Shown here: positions 33,722-42,230 of the stretch, piece by piece
How positions within the stretch are numbered: position 1 is the first letter of the stretch
Layout of the letters: each line of letters opens with the position of its first letter
NCBI GenBank assembly: GCA_963707985.1
Contig: CAVPRW010000014.1
Span: 64,001 to 128,000, forward strand
Direction of reading: 5' to 3'
Length of the DNA stretch: 64,000 nt
Origin: an uncultured Nitrospinota bacterium
Lineage (GTDB): Bacteria > Tectomicrobia > Entotheonellia > J063 > CAVPRW01
Notes under the pieces: generated by a model
The model's database searches: none
Told to the model about the DNA's origin: nothing
Seen by the model: the letters and a program-made list of their open reading frames with translations, nothing else
Program-made: the position numbers and the translations under genes

Positions 33722-34276
33722 CTATGCGGGCGGACGTTGCGGCAGAAAGTAGCCGACGAGCAGCACGTTCAGGTGGATGAGTAACAGTTTATTCCAGGCT
33801 ATACTGGCCTCGAACGCCTCTGGAAGATCGCTGAGCTCCTCCTGGAAAATACGTGCAAACGCGCTTTGCGCCAGGCTCATGGCGCCAACCATGAGATGCG
33901 GCGGGATTTTGCCGCCGGGACCAAAGCTGCGATGGCTATGTGATAAGCCTATAGCCAGGAGGGAATAGAGGAAGTCGTGGGTCATCGCCGCCTCGGCAGT
34001 CTCCCGCAGCCAGCGTCCCAGGCTATGTTTTCGGCGCTCGAGGCGTGGCTGATCGGGTGTGCCATCGGGGAGCAGGAAAAAGCGCGCCGCGGCCGGAAAT
34101 GTGAGAAAATGCTCATAAAGGGCATCAGTAATGGCGCGTTCGTGCTTCAGCAGGCTCGGGGCGCTGCGCCGCACGACATCGATATCGGCTGCTGTGAAGC
34201 CCACGAAGTCCATTACCTCCTGCACAAATCCGGGCATATCGGCGCCAGGGGCATGATACGATTCGCTGCTCATCAT
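33722..34276 (-). CDS. Single-domain protoglobin / sensor globin
   Basis: FVGFTAADIDVVRRS, ITDALYEHFL.FP...RFF, LERRKHSLGRWL, and a proximal-His region IGLSHSH. AAGGAG precedes the ATG at 34276. Confidence 0.8.
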   Translation of the reverse strand: MMSSESYHAPGADMPGFVQEVMDFVGFTAADIDVVRRSAPSLLKHERAITDALYEHFLTFPAAARFFLLPDGTPDQPRLERRKHSLGRWLRETAEAAMTHDFLYSLLAIGLSHSHRSFGPGGKIPPHLMVGAMSLAQSAFARIFQEELSDLPEAFEASIAWNKLLLIHLNVLLVGYFLPQRPPA

Positions 34277-34553
34277 CACTCCTTTGCAATGGCCTGCACG
34301 AGTATGAGAAAAGCACCCAAACGCACGGGCGACATGCCACACTGCCGATTCCACTGCAGCGCTTATTAGGCCCGAGTGCAGTATATGAATACGCCGAGAG
34401 GCGGTCAAATGTCCGCAGGCTCTCTCGATCCGTAACGACTCCGGTACCGCAGCACTTTCCTTTGACAGAACACACCGGATATGGTAGAAGGCAGGCGCTT
34501 GCCACCCGGCACAGAGGGAGGAATGATCAGCTTGGCTGAGAGGAGGCCTATAC

Positions 34554-35630
34554 GTGAGTCTCGATTTTGTCAGCAACGAGGAAATCATCCAGGAAGCACG
34601 GCGCCATGTGGATCAGGGGGCCTGGGACTATCTGGTCGGCGGGTCCGAGTCGGAAACCACGCTCCGACGCAATCGGATGGCCTTTGACCGCGTCGCGTTT
34701 CGGCCGCGCATTTTGGTCGACGTCTCATCCATCGACCCCTCCACCACTTTCCTGGGGCAAAAGCTCCGGATCCCCGCCATCCTGGCGCCTATCGGCTCGC
34801 TGCAGGTCTTCCATCCCGAGGCCGGTGCAGCATCGACCAGGGCGGCGACGGAGTTTGGCATTATGCACGCCATCAGCTCCGTCACACAACCCACGTTAGA
34901 GGAAACCGCCGCGGCGACCCCGACGCCGAAGATCTTCCAGCTCTATGTGCATGGGGACACGAAGTGGACGGAGGACATCATCGGCCGCGTCAAGGAAGCC
35001 GGCTATGCGGCCCTGGCGCTGACGGTGGATGTGGCCCATTATAGTCGGCGCGAACGTCCCATGCTCACGCGCTATCAGCCACCGACGCGACGGCAGCCCC
35101 CCAACCGCAAGTACCAGGCCTCGCTGACCTGGGACACCATGGACATGATCAAGGAGATGGCCGGCCTGCCCTTCATGCTCAAGGGCGTGCAGACCGCCGA
35201 GGATGCGGAGATCGCGGTGCAGCACGGGGTGGACGTCATCTGGGTGTCCAACCATGGCGGCCGGCAGATCGACCACGGGCTGGGCAGCCTGGACACGTTG
35301 CCGGAAATCGTCCAGGCGGTGAACGGCAGAGCGCGCATCGTCCTGGATGGTGGGGTCCAGCGTGGCAGCGACATCCTGAAAGCCGTGGCCATGGGCGCTG
35401 ATGTCGTGGCCCTGGGCCGCTTACAGGGGTGGGGGCTGGCCGCGGCCGGCAAGGACGGCGTGGTGCGCATGCTGGAGATTCTGGAGGACGAGCTCGTCAG
35501 CGCCATGGGCCTGATCGGCGTCACCAGCATCGGCCAGCTGACCCCGAAGTATGTCAGCAAGGCCGAGGTCGTGACGCCACCGCACGAGATGAGTGCCTGG
35601 GTCAACATGCGGGTGGGGCGCCTCCTCTAG
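34554..35630 (+). CDS. FMN-dependent alpha-hydroxy acid oxidase/dehydrogenase (LldD/glycolate oxidase family)
   Basis: Motifs WDYLVGGSESETTLRRN, FQLYV, LTVDV, LKGV, VSNHGGRQID and DGGVQRGSDILKA. GAGAGGAGG before the GTG start. Confidence 0.93.
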   Translation: MSLDFVSNEEIIQEARRHVDQGAWDYLVGGSESETTLRRNRMAFDRVAFRPRILVDVSSIDPSTTFLGQKLRIPAILAPIGSLQVFHPEAGAASTRAATEFGIMHAISSVTQPTLEETAAATPTPKIFQLYVHGDTKWTEDIIGRVKEAGYAALALTVDVAHYSRRERPMLTRYQPPTRRQPPNRKYQASLTWDTMDMIKEMAGLPFMLKGVQTAEDAEIAVQHGVDVIWVSNHGGRQIDHGLGSLDTLPEIVQAVNGRARIVLDGGVQRGSDILKAVAMGADVVALGRLQGWGLAAAGKDGVVRMLEILEDELVSAMGLIGVTSIGQLTPKYVSKAEVVTPPHEMSAWVNMRVGRLL

Positions 35631-35780
35631 GAGGCCCCGAAAGCGTTTGGTGTTTGGCGTTCACCCCTCACACGCTCCAGAGCGCCAGCCGGTGGGTGGG
35701 GTGAGCGCCGGCCGCTCGGCAAATAAGCGCTGCCAGGCGGCGCGCCCGATCCGATCAGCTTCCCGTAGAATCGACCCTTC
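35412..35780 (+). repeat. Left copy of a ~370-bp diverged direct repeat (functional oxidase 3' end plus orphan amidohydrolase 3' end)
   Basis: Aligns with 39651-40012. Minus strand 35660-35780 reads EGSILREADRIGRAAWQRLFAERPALTPPTGWRSGACEG*. Confidence 0.9.
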
Positions 35781-35812
35781 TGACCTTGCAGTTGTAAATC
35801 ATGGGTGACCAC

Positions 35813-35853
35813 TTGACAGGTGATATTGTGAATGTATATTGTCATGACAATGT
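35813..35853 (+). promoter_or_regulatory. Toxin-antitoxin promoter with overlapping palindromic operator
   Basis: TTGACA (35813)-N16-TATATT (35835). A perfect 14-bp palindrome ATTGTCATGACAAT at 35838-35851 overlaps the -10/+1 region. Confidence 0.7.
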
Positions 35854-35882
35854 CTGACGATCCTAATTATGGGAGGTGTGCC

Positions 35883-36158
35883 ATGTCACAGACGAAAAAT
35901 CAGAAAATAGATCTGCGACTCACCCCGAGCGCGAAGGCGTTCCTACAGATTGCAGCACAAGCCGCACAGCGAACACTGAGTGAGTTTGTCCTGGAGAGCG
36001 CGCTGCGTCGAGCAGAGGAAACCTTGCCGGATCGCCAGCGCTTCGGTTTGGATGCCGCCAGATGGGAAGCCTTCCAGGCTGCGCTGGACGCCCCACCACG
36101 CGCCATCCCACGGCTGACGAGACTGATGCAAGAGCCCAGCGTGTTTGAGCGTGAGTAA
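35883..36158 (+). CDS. DUF1778 ribbon-helix-helix antitoxin (TacA/AtaR type)
   Basis: K..KIDLRLTPSAK..LQ.AA....RTLSEFVLESAL..AEETL and WEAFQAALDAPP..IPRLTRL. GGAGG Shine-Dalgarno. Confidence 0.93.
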   Translation: MSQTKNQKIDLRLTPSAKAFLQIAAQAAQRTLSEFVLESALRRAEETLPDRQRFGLDAARWEAFQAALDAPPRAIPRLTRLMQEPSVFERE

Positions 36159-36664
36159 TGTACAGGATCGAGAAACTCCGCCGTGATCATCGGGTCGATG
36201 ACTTTGATTGCGGAAACGACGCTCTGAATCGGTTCCTGATCAGATACGCGCTTCAGAGTCAACAGGGAAATGCCTCGCAGACCTATCTTGCGATGGCTGA
36301 TGAGGAGGTTGTTGGGTTTTACGCGCTCGCGTTCGGCAGTGTCGAGTCTGAGGCAGCACCGGAGCGCCTCGTGAAAGGTTTAGCCCACCATCCAGTCCCC
36401 CTCATGCTCCTTGCGAGGTTAGCGGTTTCCGTGACTTGGCAGGGAAAGGGTTTAGGCCCTGGACTCTTGAAAGATGCGATGCTGCGTACACTGCAGGCAT
36501 CCGACATTGCCGGTATTCGAGCCCTGGCAGCCCATGCGAAAGATGACAACGCGAGAGCGTTCTATCGGCATTTTGGGTTCATCCCATCACCAACAGACCC
36601 CTATCATCTGTTTCTCCTGCTCAAGGATATCCTTCTCGCTCAGAAATCTGGGGGATTAGGGTAG
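36158..36664 (+). CDS. GNAT acetyltransferase toxin (TacT/AtaT type)
   Basis: FDCGNDALNRFL, VPLMLLARLAVS..WQGKGLG..LLKDA and AKDDNARAFY.HFGF.PSP. TAATG coupling to the antitoxin. Confidence 0.93.
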   Translation: MYRIEKLRRDHRVDDFDCGNDALNRFLIRYALQSQQGNASQTYLAMADEEVVGFYALAFGSVESEAAPERLVKGLAHHPVPLMLLARLAVSVTWQGKGLGPGLLKDAMLRTLQASDIAGIRALAAHAKDDNARAFYRHFGFIPSPTDPYHLFLLLKDILLAQKSGGLG

Positions 36665-36727
36665 ACCCATCATGAGATATTCCGTAATTCCCTTCTGTTT
36701 ATAATCAAATATCCCTAAGGAAGCCCC

Positions 36728-36964
36728 CTGCAACTTGCCGCATGTTACCTTCGTCGTTCAAAGGACGACCCGCGCCAAGTCTTGATCGATCGTCAGCGTG
36801 ACGTGTGTCTGACCGCAGCACAGGCCCACGGATATGAGATCCCGGAGCACCTCATCATTGTTGATGAGGGCATCAGCGGTGCCGTCCTGCAACGCCCAGG
36901 ACTCCCGGCGCTCCTACCAGCCGTTAAGGACAGGCACGCCTCTGCGGTGTTTATTACCGATACC
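36728..36964 (+). pseudogene. Serine recombinase/resolvase N-terminal catalytic domain, truncated by element insertion
   Basis: Reads LAACYLRRSKDD...IDRQRDVC...AQAHGYEI...IVDEGISGAVLQRPGLPALL..VK...AVFITDT. Homology stops exactly at the TGT end at 36965, just before the expected DRLxR. Start codon is CTG after TAAGGAAG. Confidence 0.85.
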
Positions 36965-37125
36965 TGTAGGCGCGCGAAAACATCCGGCGCTCTACCTGGG
37001 AATGGGGCAGATTTCTGCGCATGCATAATGCGAATGGCACGCGGCGCGTACCTGAGAACTACAGCATCCTACCTGAGAACAGCGTCGCCTGCGCACGCTC
37101 GGTGAGAATAGCACAGGCGTGCCCA
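36965..37125 (+). repeat. Left terminal inverted repeat with five TGAGAA-type sites
   Basis: TGGGAA at 36997, TGCGAA at 37029, TGAGAA at 37053, 37074 and 37103. Confidence 0.85.
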
Positions 37126-37199
37126 CCACACACATGGCCACGACGGTGTTTACATCGGGGGGGAATTCCGCCGACTCACCTACGCCTCTTCGCCGGCCG

Positions 37200-37589
37200 T
37201 CACTTCACCGGCACGAGCGTCGGAGCCCCTTTGTCCTTGACCAAGATGACCAAGAATTTTGCCGGCCTGGTCGTGCTGGCGTTCCGGCCCACGACATGTA
37301 CATCGTCGGGCCCCTCGTAAAACGTCTGCCCCGGCGTGAGCGTCACTGCTGTTCCTCCCTGCACCTGCATCACAACAGAGCCTTCCAGCACGTAGATAAA
37401 CCCGTGGGCATCGTGCCGGTGCACAGGGTCTGACCCGCCCGGCGGATACTCCACGGTCAGCATCAAGACCTCCTTGCCTGGAATGTCCGGCAGCTCTCTC
37501 AACATGACCGGCGCGACGTCAGGCTGCTGAGCCATCACCAGGCTCGTCATGAGGGAAAGCAGAAGACATGCCATGGTCGTCCTCGTCAT
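37200..37589 (-). CDS. Cupin domain protein with signal peptide
   Basis: MTRTTMACLLL..., GKEVLMLTVEYPPGGSDPVHRHDAHGFIYVLEG, PGQTFYEGPDDVH. It has its own GAAAGG RBS although in frame with the upstream SDR. Confidence 0.88.
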   Translation of the reverse strand: MTRTTMACLLLSLMTSLVMAQQPDVAPVMLRELPDIPGKEVLMLTVEYPPGGSDPVHRHDAHGFIYVLEGSVVMQVQGGTAVTLTPGQTFYEGPDDVHVVGRNASTTRPAKFLVILVKDKGAPTLVPVK

Positions 37590-37689
37590 CGTGGACCTTT
37601 CATGTATCGGTGGAAGCCCCGCGCTCGATCGCGTGTGTGCGCCGGCGATCACCGAGTTGCCGGTGTTTTTTCCTGCGGGTGACTGGGGC

Positions 37690-38216
37690 GAGCCAAGCGC
37701 CGCGTCCGCCACGGCCTTGGCCCCATCATCGGCCGCGATGGGCTGGAAGCTGGCAGTCGACAGGCGAACACGGTTATCGTCGGTGCCCGCCGCGGCGATC
37801 GCGCCGAGAAATTCGAAGAACTGCGTGGCCCGGATGATCGTATAGGGGATGCCCGCCGTCTTGATGAGCCGTTCCTGGGCCAGCTTGGCGCGGAAATAGC
37901 CGATGTCCGGCAGGCGATCGGTGCCGACCACCGAAAGTGCGACGTGATGATGGACACCGGCCTCCTTCTCCGCGCGCGCGAGATGGCGGCCCGAGCCCTC
38001 GAAGAAGGCAAGAGCCGCCGCGTCCTCGAAGGACGGAGCGTTCGAGACGTCCACGACCACCTCCGCGCGGGCCAGCGCCTCGGCCAGACCTCGACCGGTC
38101 GTGGCATCCACGCCGGTGCTCGGTGAGGCGGCGAGGGCCTCGTGACCCTGCTCCGTCAGCGTCTTCACCACCTTGGTTCCGATAAGGCCACTGCCTCCAA
38201 TCACGACGATCTTCAT
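37690..38216 (-). pseudogene. NmrA-like SDR oxidoreductase, C-terminally truncated and in frame with the cupin
   Basis: MKIVVIGGSGLIG, VALSVVGTDR, GYFRAKLAQE, IRATQFFEF and QPIAADD. Homology ends at AALGSP with no stop codon before the cupin. Confidence 0.75.
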
Positions 38217-38324
38217 GGTGCGCCTCCGACGTGAGGTGAGGGACACAGGCGGCCACTGGAGGACGGGAGCGCGAGCGTGGCCCAGGACCCAGGCCGGCGC
38301 TCCCGGTCCTCACAGCCTGCCAGT

Positions 38325-39151
38325 TCAGCCCTTGATGAAGGCGAGAAGGTCGGCATTGATCACGTCGGCGTGCGTCGTGCACATGCCGTGCGGGAACTTC
38401 TCGTAGACCTTCAGCGTGCCGTTCTTCAGCAGCTTCACCGAAAGCAGCGCGGAGTCGGCGATCGGCACGATCTGGTCGTCGTCGCCGTGCATCACCAGCG
38501 TCGGCACGTCGATGATCTTCAGGTCCTCGGTGAAGTCGGTTTCCGAGAAGGCCTTGATGCCGTCGTAATGGGCCTTGGCACCGCCCATCATGCCTTGGCG
38601 CCACCAGTTTTGGATCACGCCTTGCGAGATCTTCGCGCCCGGCCGGTTGTAGCTGTAGAAGGGGCCGCTCGCGAAATCGAGGTAGAACTGCGCGCGATTG
38701 GCGGCGAGCTGCTGGCGGAAACCGTCGAACACCTCGATCGGCAGACCGCCCGGATTGGCCGGCGTCTTCACCATGATCGGCGGCACGGCGCCGATGAGCA
38801 CCAGCTTGGCGACACGGCCCTTGCCGTGGCGGGCGACATAGCGGGTCGCCTCGCCGCCGCCGGTCGAATGGCCAATGTGGATGGCGTCGCGCAGGTCGAG
38901 ATGCTCGACGACCGCGGCGACGTCGGCGGCGTAGTGGTCCATGTCGTGACCGTCGCTGACCTGGCTCGAACGGCCGTGGCCGCGCCGGTCATGGGCGACG
39001 ACGCGATAGCCCTTCTCGACGAAGTAGAGCATCTGCGCGTCCCAGTCGTCGGAGCTCAGCGGCCAGCCGTGATGAAAGACGATCGGCTGCATCCGGAGCC
39101 CCAGTCCTTGTAGAAGATCTCGACGCCATCCTTTGTGGTGATCGTGCTCAT
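38325..39151 (-). CDS. cpo: Non-heme chloroperoxidase / alpha-beta hydrolase (frameshift near 39092)
   Basis: [18 protein letters not shown] joins [17 protein letters not shown]. Also [27 protein letters not shown] and PHG. Confidence 0.9.
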
Positions 39152-39351
39152 CGTTTTCGGTCCTTTGCTTGGGTTAGAAGAAGAAAGGGCCAGCTCTCTG
39201 GCCGCCTGGGCTGCGATATCATATGGAGGTCGATTATACTCCACAAAGGCGACATCAGGGCGGATTTGTCCGCGTGTGGGCTCGCGCCGCCTCTGCCTTG
39301 CGTGTGTTGGTTGGGGTCGTCGAGGTCGCCTTTCGACCCAGACGGCGACCT

Positions 39352-39534
39352 GGCGAGCACGCCGGTGTTATTCTCACCAAGCATGCGCAGAATACGATGT
39401 TCTCAGGTAGGACGTGCTGTTCTCAGGCAGGATGCCGCGGTTCTCAGGTAGGCACCTCGCCTCATTCTCAGGAAGCGTGCGCAGAAATCTGCACCGTTCT
39501 CAAGTAGGACGCTTGATGTTCGCGCGCACCTACA
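39352..39534 (-). repeat. Right terminal inverted repeat with six TTCTCA sites
   Basis: TTCTCA at 39371, 39400, 39420, 39441, 39465 and 39497. The reverse complement aligns to 36965-37125 with one extra ~20-bp unit. Confidence 0.85.
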
Positions 39535-39535
39535 C

Positions 39536-39626
39536 CTACCAAGTCGGGCGAGGATTGAAACCACGAGTACAGGCTTGCTTGGTGGGGACGGCGTATGTAG
39601 CGCCCGACTACCAAGTCGGGCGAGGA
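39536..39626. repeat. 19-bp direct repeat; the second copy lies within a perfect 9-bp hairpin
   Basis: CTACCAAGTCGGGCGAGGA at 39536-39554 and 39608-39626. Hairpin CGCCCGACT-ACCA-AGTCGGGCG at 39601-39622. Confidence 0.8.
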
Positions 39627-39650
39627 CGGCGCGGCATGGGGTGGGCGTCA

Positions 39651-39869
39651 TTGGGCCGGTTACAGGGGTAGGGACTGGCCGCGGGAGGCAAGGATGGCAT
39701 GGTGCGCATGCTAGAGATTCTGGAGGATGAGCTCGTCAGCGCCATGGGCTTGATTGGCGTCACCAGCATCAGCCAGCTGACCCCGAAGTATGTCTGCAGG
39801 GCAGAGTCCGTGACGTCACCGCACGAAATGAGTGCCTGGGTTACCAAGGGAGTGGGGCGTATCCTCTAA
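39651..39869 (+). pseudogene. Orphan 3' fragment of alpha-hydroxy acid oxidase (part of the right direct repeat, 39651-40012)
   Basis: LGRLQG*GLAAGGKDGMVRMLEILEDELVSAMGLIG...GRIL*. By manual count 28 differences in 219 nt versus 35412-35630, no indels, one TGG>TAG. Confidence 0.9.
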
Positions 39870-39892
39870 GAAACCCTGTGAGCGCTTGGCGT

Positions 39893-41288
39893 TCACCCCT
39901 CACAGGCCACAGGATGCCATCCCGTGGGTGGGGTAAGCGCCGGCCGTTCTGCAAACAGGCGCTGCCAGGCGCCACGCCCAATCCGATCGGCCTCCCGTAT
40001 AATCGATGCCTCATCCATGGTCAATACCACTCCATCGCGCATCAGCCAGCGACCGTCGACCATCACCGCCTCGACGTCGCGCGCCTGGCCCTGGTGGACA
40101 AAGCACGACACCACCCGTAGCAGTGGCACGAGGTGCGCCTGGCGCAGATCGATCATGATCAGGTCGGCTCGATTCCCCGGCGCCAACCAGCCGCCATCGG
40201 GGATGCCGAGGGCGCGATAGCCATGGCGGGTGGCCCAGGTCAGCACCTGTTCAGGCGTGGGCTGACGACCGTCTTGCCGGCGCACACGCTCCATAAATAG
40301 GGCAGTTCGCATGACTTCGACCATGTCCTCGGCCATATTGTCGGTGCCAAGCGCGATGGTGCAGCCGTAGGTTTCTAAATCGGCGATGCGTGGGCTCAAG
40401 CCTCGCCGTGCGGCGATGGCCGAGTTAAAGGCCACGGCAGCGCCAGAGGCGCCCAGGAGACGCTCTTCGTCGGGCGTCATGCAGCGGCAGTGGGCTGCCA
40501 TCAGACGGGGCGAGAGAAATCCGCACTGCTCCAGATACTCTGTGGGCCGCAGGCCGCGCTGTTCCTGCACCGCGGCGACCTCGCCCCAGATCTGGTTGAG
40601 ATGGATTGAACACCATCACGTCGAGGCGCTCTTGCAGGTCGCGTAGGTCATGCAGGAGCCGTGGCGAACACATGTCCGGTGCCCAGGCGGCTAACCCGAC
40701 ATTGATGCGGCCGTTTTCTTTGCCATGCCAGCGCGTGTGCAGAGCCTCGATGCGCGTCAAGCCCTGTTCGGCCAGCGCCGGGTCAATATCAAAAGGCCCC
40801 GGCTGGCCGATGGCGGCATGGGCTCGGTCCCAGGCACGCTCGCATAGCAAGAACCGCACGCCACTGGCCGCCAGTGCCTCGACATAACGCTGGATGCCAG
40901 CACCGTCTTCCAGGATCAAGGTGGTGCCACTGCGAATCGCCTCCACCACCCCGAGCTGGCACATCACCTGGTGCTCCTCGACGCTCAGTTGCGGGAGCGG
41001 CAGCGGGGCCAGGCCACCTGTAAATGGGGGCGTGTGCGATGGCGACAGGTCCTCGTAGATGCCGCGAGCCAGGGTCATGCCCAGATGGGTGTGCACGTTG
41101 GCAAAGCCCGGCATGACGGCCTTGCCACGTCCGTCGATGCGCTCGGCCGTGGGATAGCGTGTCAGCAGCTCGTCGGTGGGACCGATCGCGGCGATGCGAT
41201 CGGCCTCGACGACAATCCCAGCGTCGTCGTGCACTGTATAAGCGTCGTCCGCGGTGACAATGGTGGTATGGTGTATCAGCGTCTGCAT
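39893..41288 (-). CDS. Amidohydrolase family protein (MTA/SAH deaminase-like; frameshift near 40613)
   Basis: GKAVMPGFANVHTHL, EAIRSGTT, restored SIHLNQ, AAHCR, ALGTDN and G.LAPG.RADLIMID. Confidence 0.88.
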
Positions 41289-41499
41289 GGCCATTATGGC
41301 TCCATTTCATTGATCCGTCGATCTATACCTGTGTGGCCTGGTGGGTTGGCTACATCTCTGAGCCATCCTCCCGGATAACACTGCCGAATCAGCCATCTCC
41401 CCGACAGCTGGACCCTCATGCTAGGGATGGGAGAGACGCGTTCAGCTTACCGCGTCAGCTCAATGTCATAGTATGTCCGGCGCCTATGACGATCGGCCT

Positions 41500-41800
41500 T
41501 GTCAGGCCAGACTCCGATGCGTAAGATGGGCGCATCCTGGGCTAATCGTTCATGCGCCTTGGCATCTTTGATCTGTTCGCCGGCCCTGAATAGTCCAGCA
41601 GCCAGCGTGCTTTCGTGAATCCCAGGGCGATCCTTATGATACTCGTCGATCTCCCATGCAGAGTTCAGGGCCAGCAACTGGATCCCAGCCTCCTCGAAGA
41701 GAAAGGGCAGGCATTGCAACCCAGCTTGAGGCGGGTAGGGTTCCTGAACGAGGGTGTGGTAGAACTTGCTGAAGTGTTCACATCGTGCAAACGCAGAAGC
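41500..41800 (-). pseudogene. Internal fragment of a calcineurin-like metallophosphoesterase domain
   Basis: HFSKFY...EPYP...IQLLALNSAWEIDEYHKDRPGIH...ILRIGVW. It breaks off where the HH motif is expected, and the N-terminal metal motifs are absent. Confidence 0.55.
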
Positions 41801-42230
41801 CGTGCTCCCTGCCGTTTCGGTTCTTTCTTGCCGAGGTACCACACGATGGTTTGCTGCGCTTGGCACGGCTATGTCTCACAATCGATGCATCCAGAGCGCT
41901 CATTTGCGATGTCTTATAGCATACTGGCAAGCGCGAAATTTCGAGATAGCGAACGTGCGGTCACGTGCAGGAAGACTTCTGAAAACAATGGAAGCGGAGC
42001 CGTGTCGTCGACCCGTGTGGAGAGGGAAACTGCTCTTTGAGGGGCCGGGCCAGCGACACAGAGAAGCGTATTCACTGGTCTCGCACGAAAGGACTTTCCT
42101 TCACATGGCATTTGATGTAGAAAGTGCGTGCAACAGCCGCGTTTTGGCTGGCTGAGCCTGCCCTGGTCAGCATCGGCCACGAGACTATGTGCCAGTGGAG
42201 CAACGCTGCCCTTATGATGAGGAGGCATCT

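Larger units (their letters stand above)
36965..39534. mobile_element. Non-autonomous 2570-bp transposon with long TGT...ACA inverted ends and passenger genes only
   Basis: Begins TGTAGG and ends CCTACA. Imperfect inverted repeats of ~160-180 bp contain multiple CCTACCTGAGAAC sites. No transposase inside. Confidence 0.8.

Noticed and set aside
36782..37105. 107-aa ORF as a complete gene
   Set aside because: It is a chimera of the recombinase fragment and read-through into the inverted repeat. The similar peptide in ORF 39403..39651 is just the other repeat.
37200..38246. 348-aa ORF as a genuine SDR-cupin enzyme
   Set aside because: The SDR is truncated, the linker is non-homologous, and the cupin has its own RBS and signal peptide.
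39371..39510. Periodic TTCTCAGG repeats as a CRISPR array or iterons
   Set aside because: The units are ~13 bp with only short intervening stretches, there are no cas or rep genes, and they mirror 36965-37125 as an inverted terminal repeat.
36960..39540. Target-site duplication around the 2.57-kb element
   Set aside because: The flanks ATACC and CCTAC do not match; only an offset TACC is shared.
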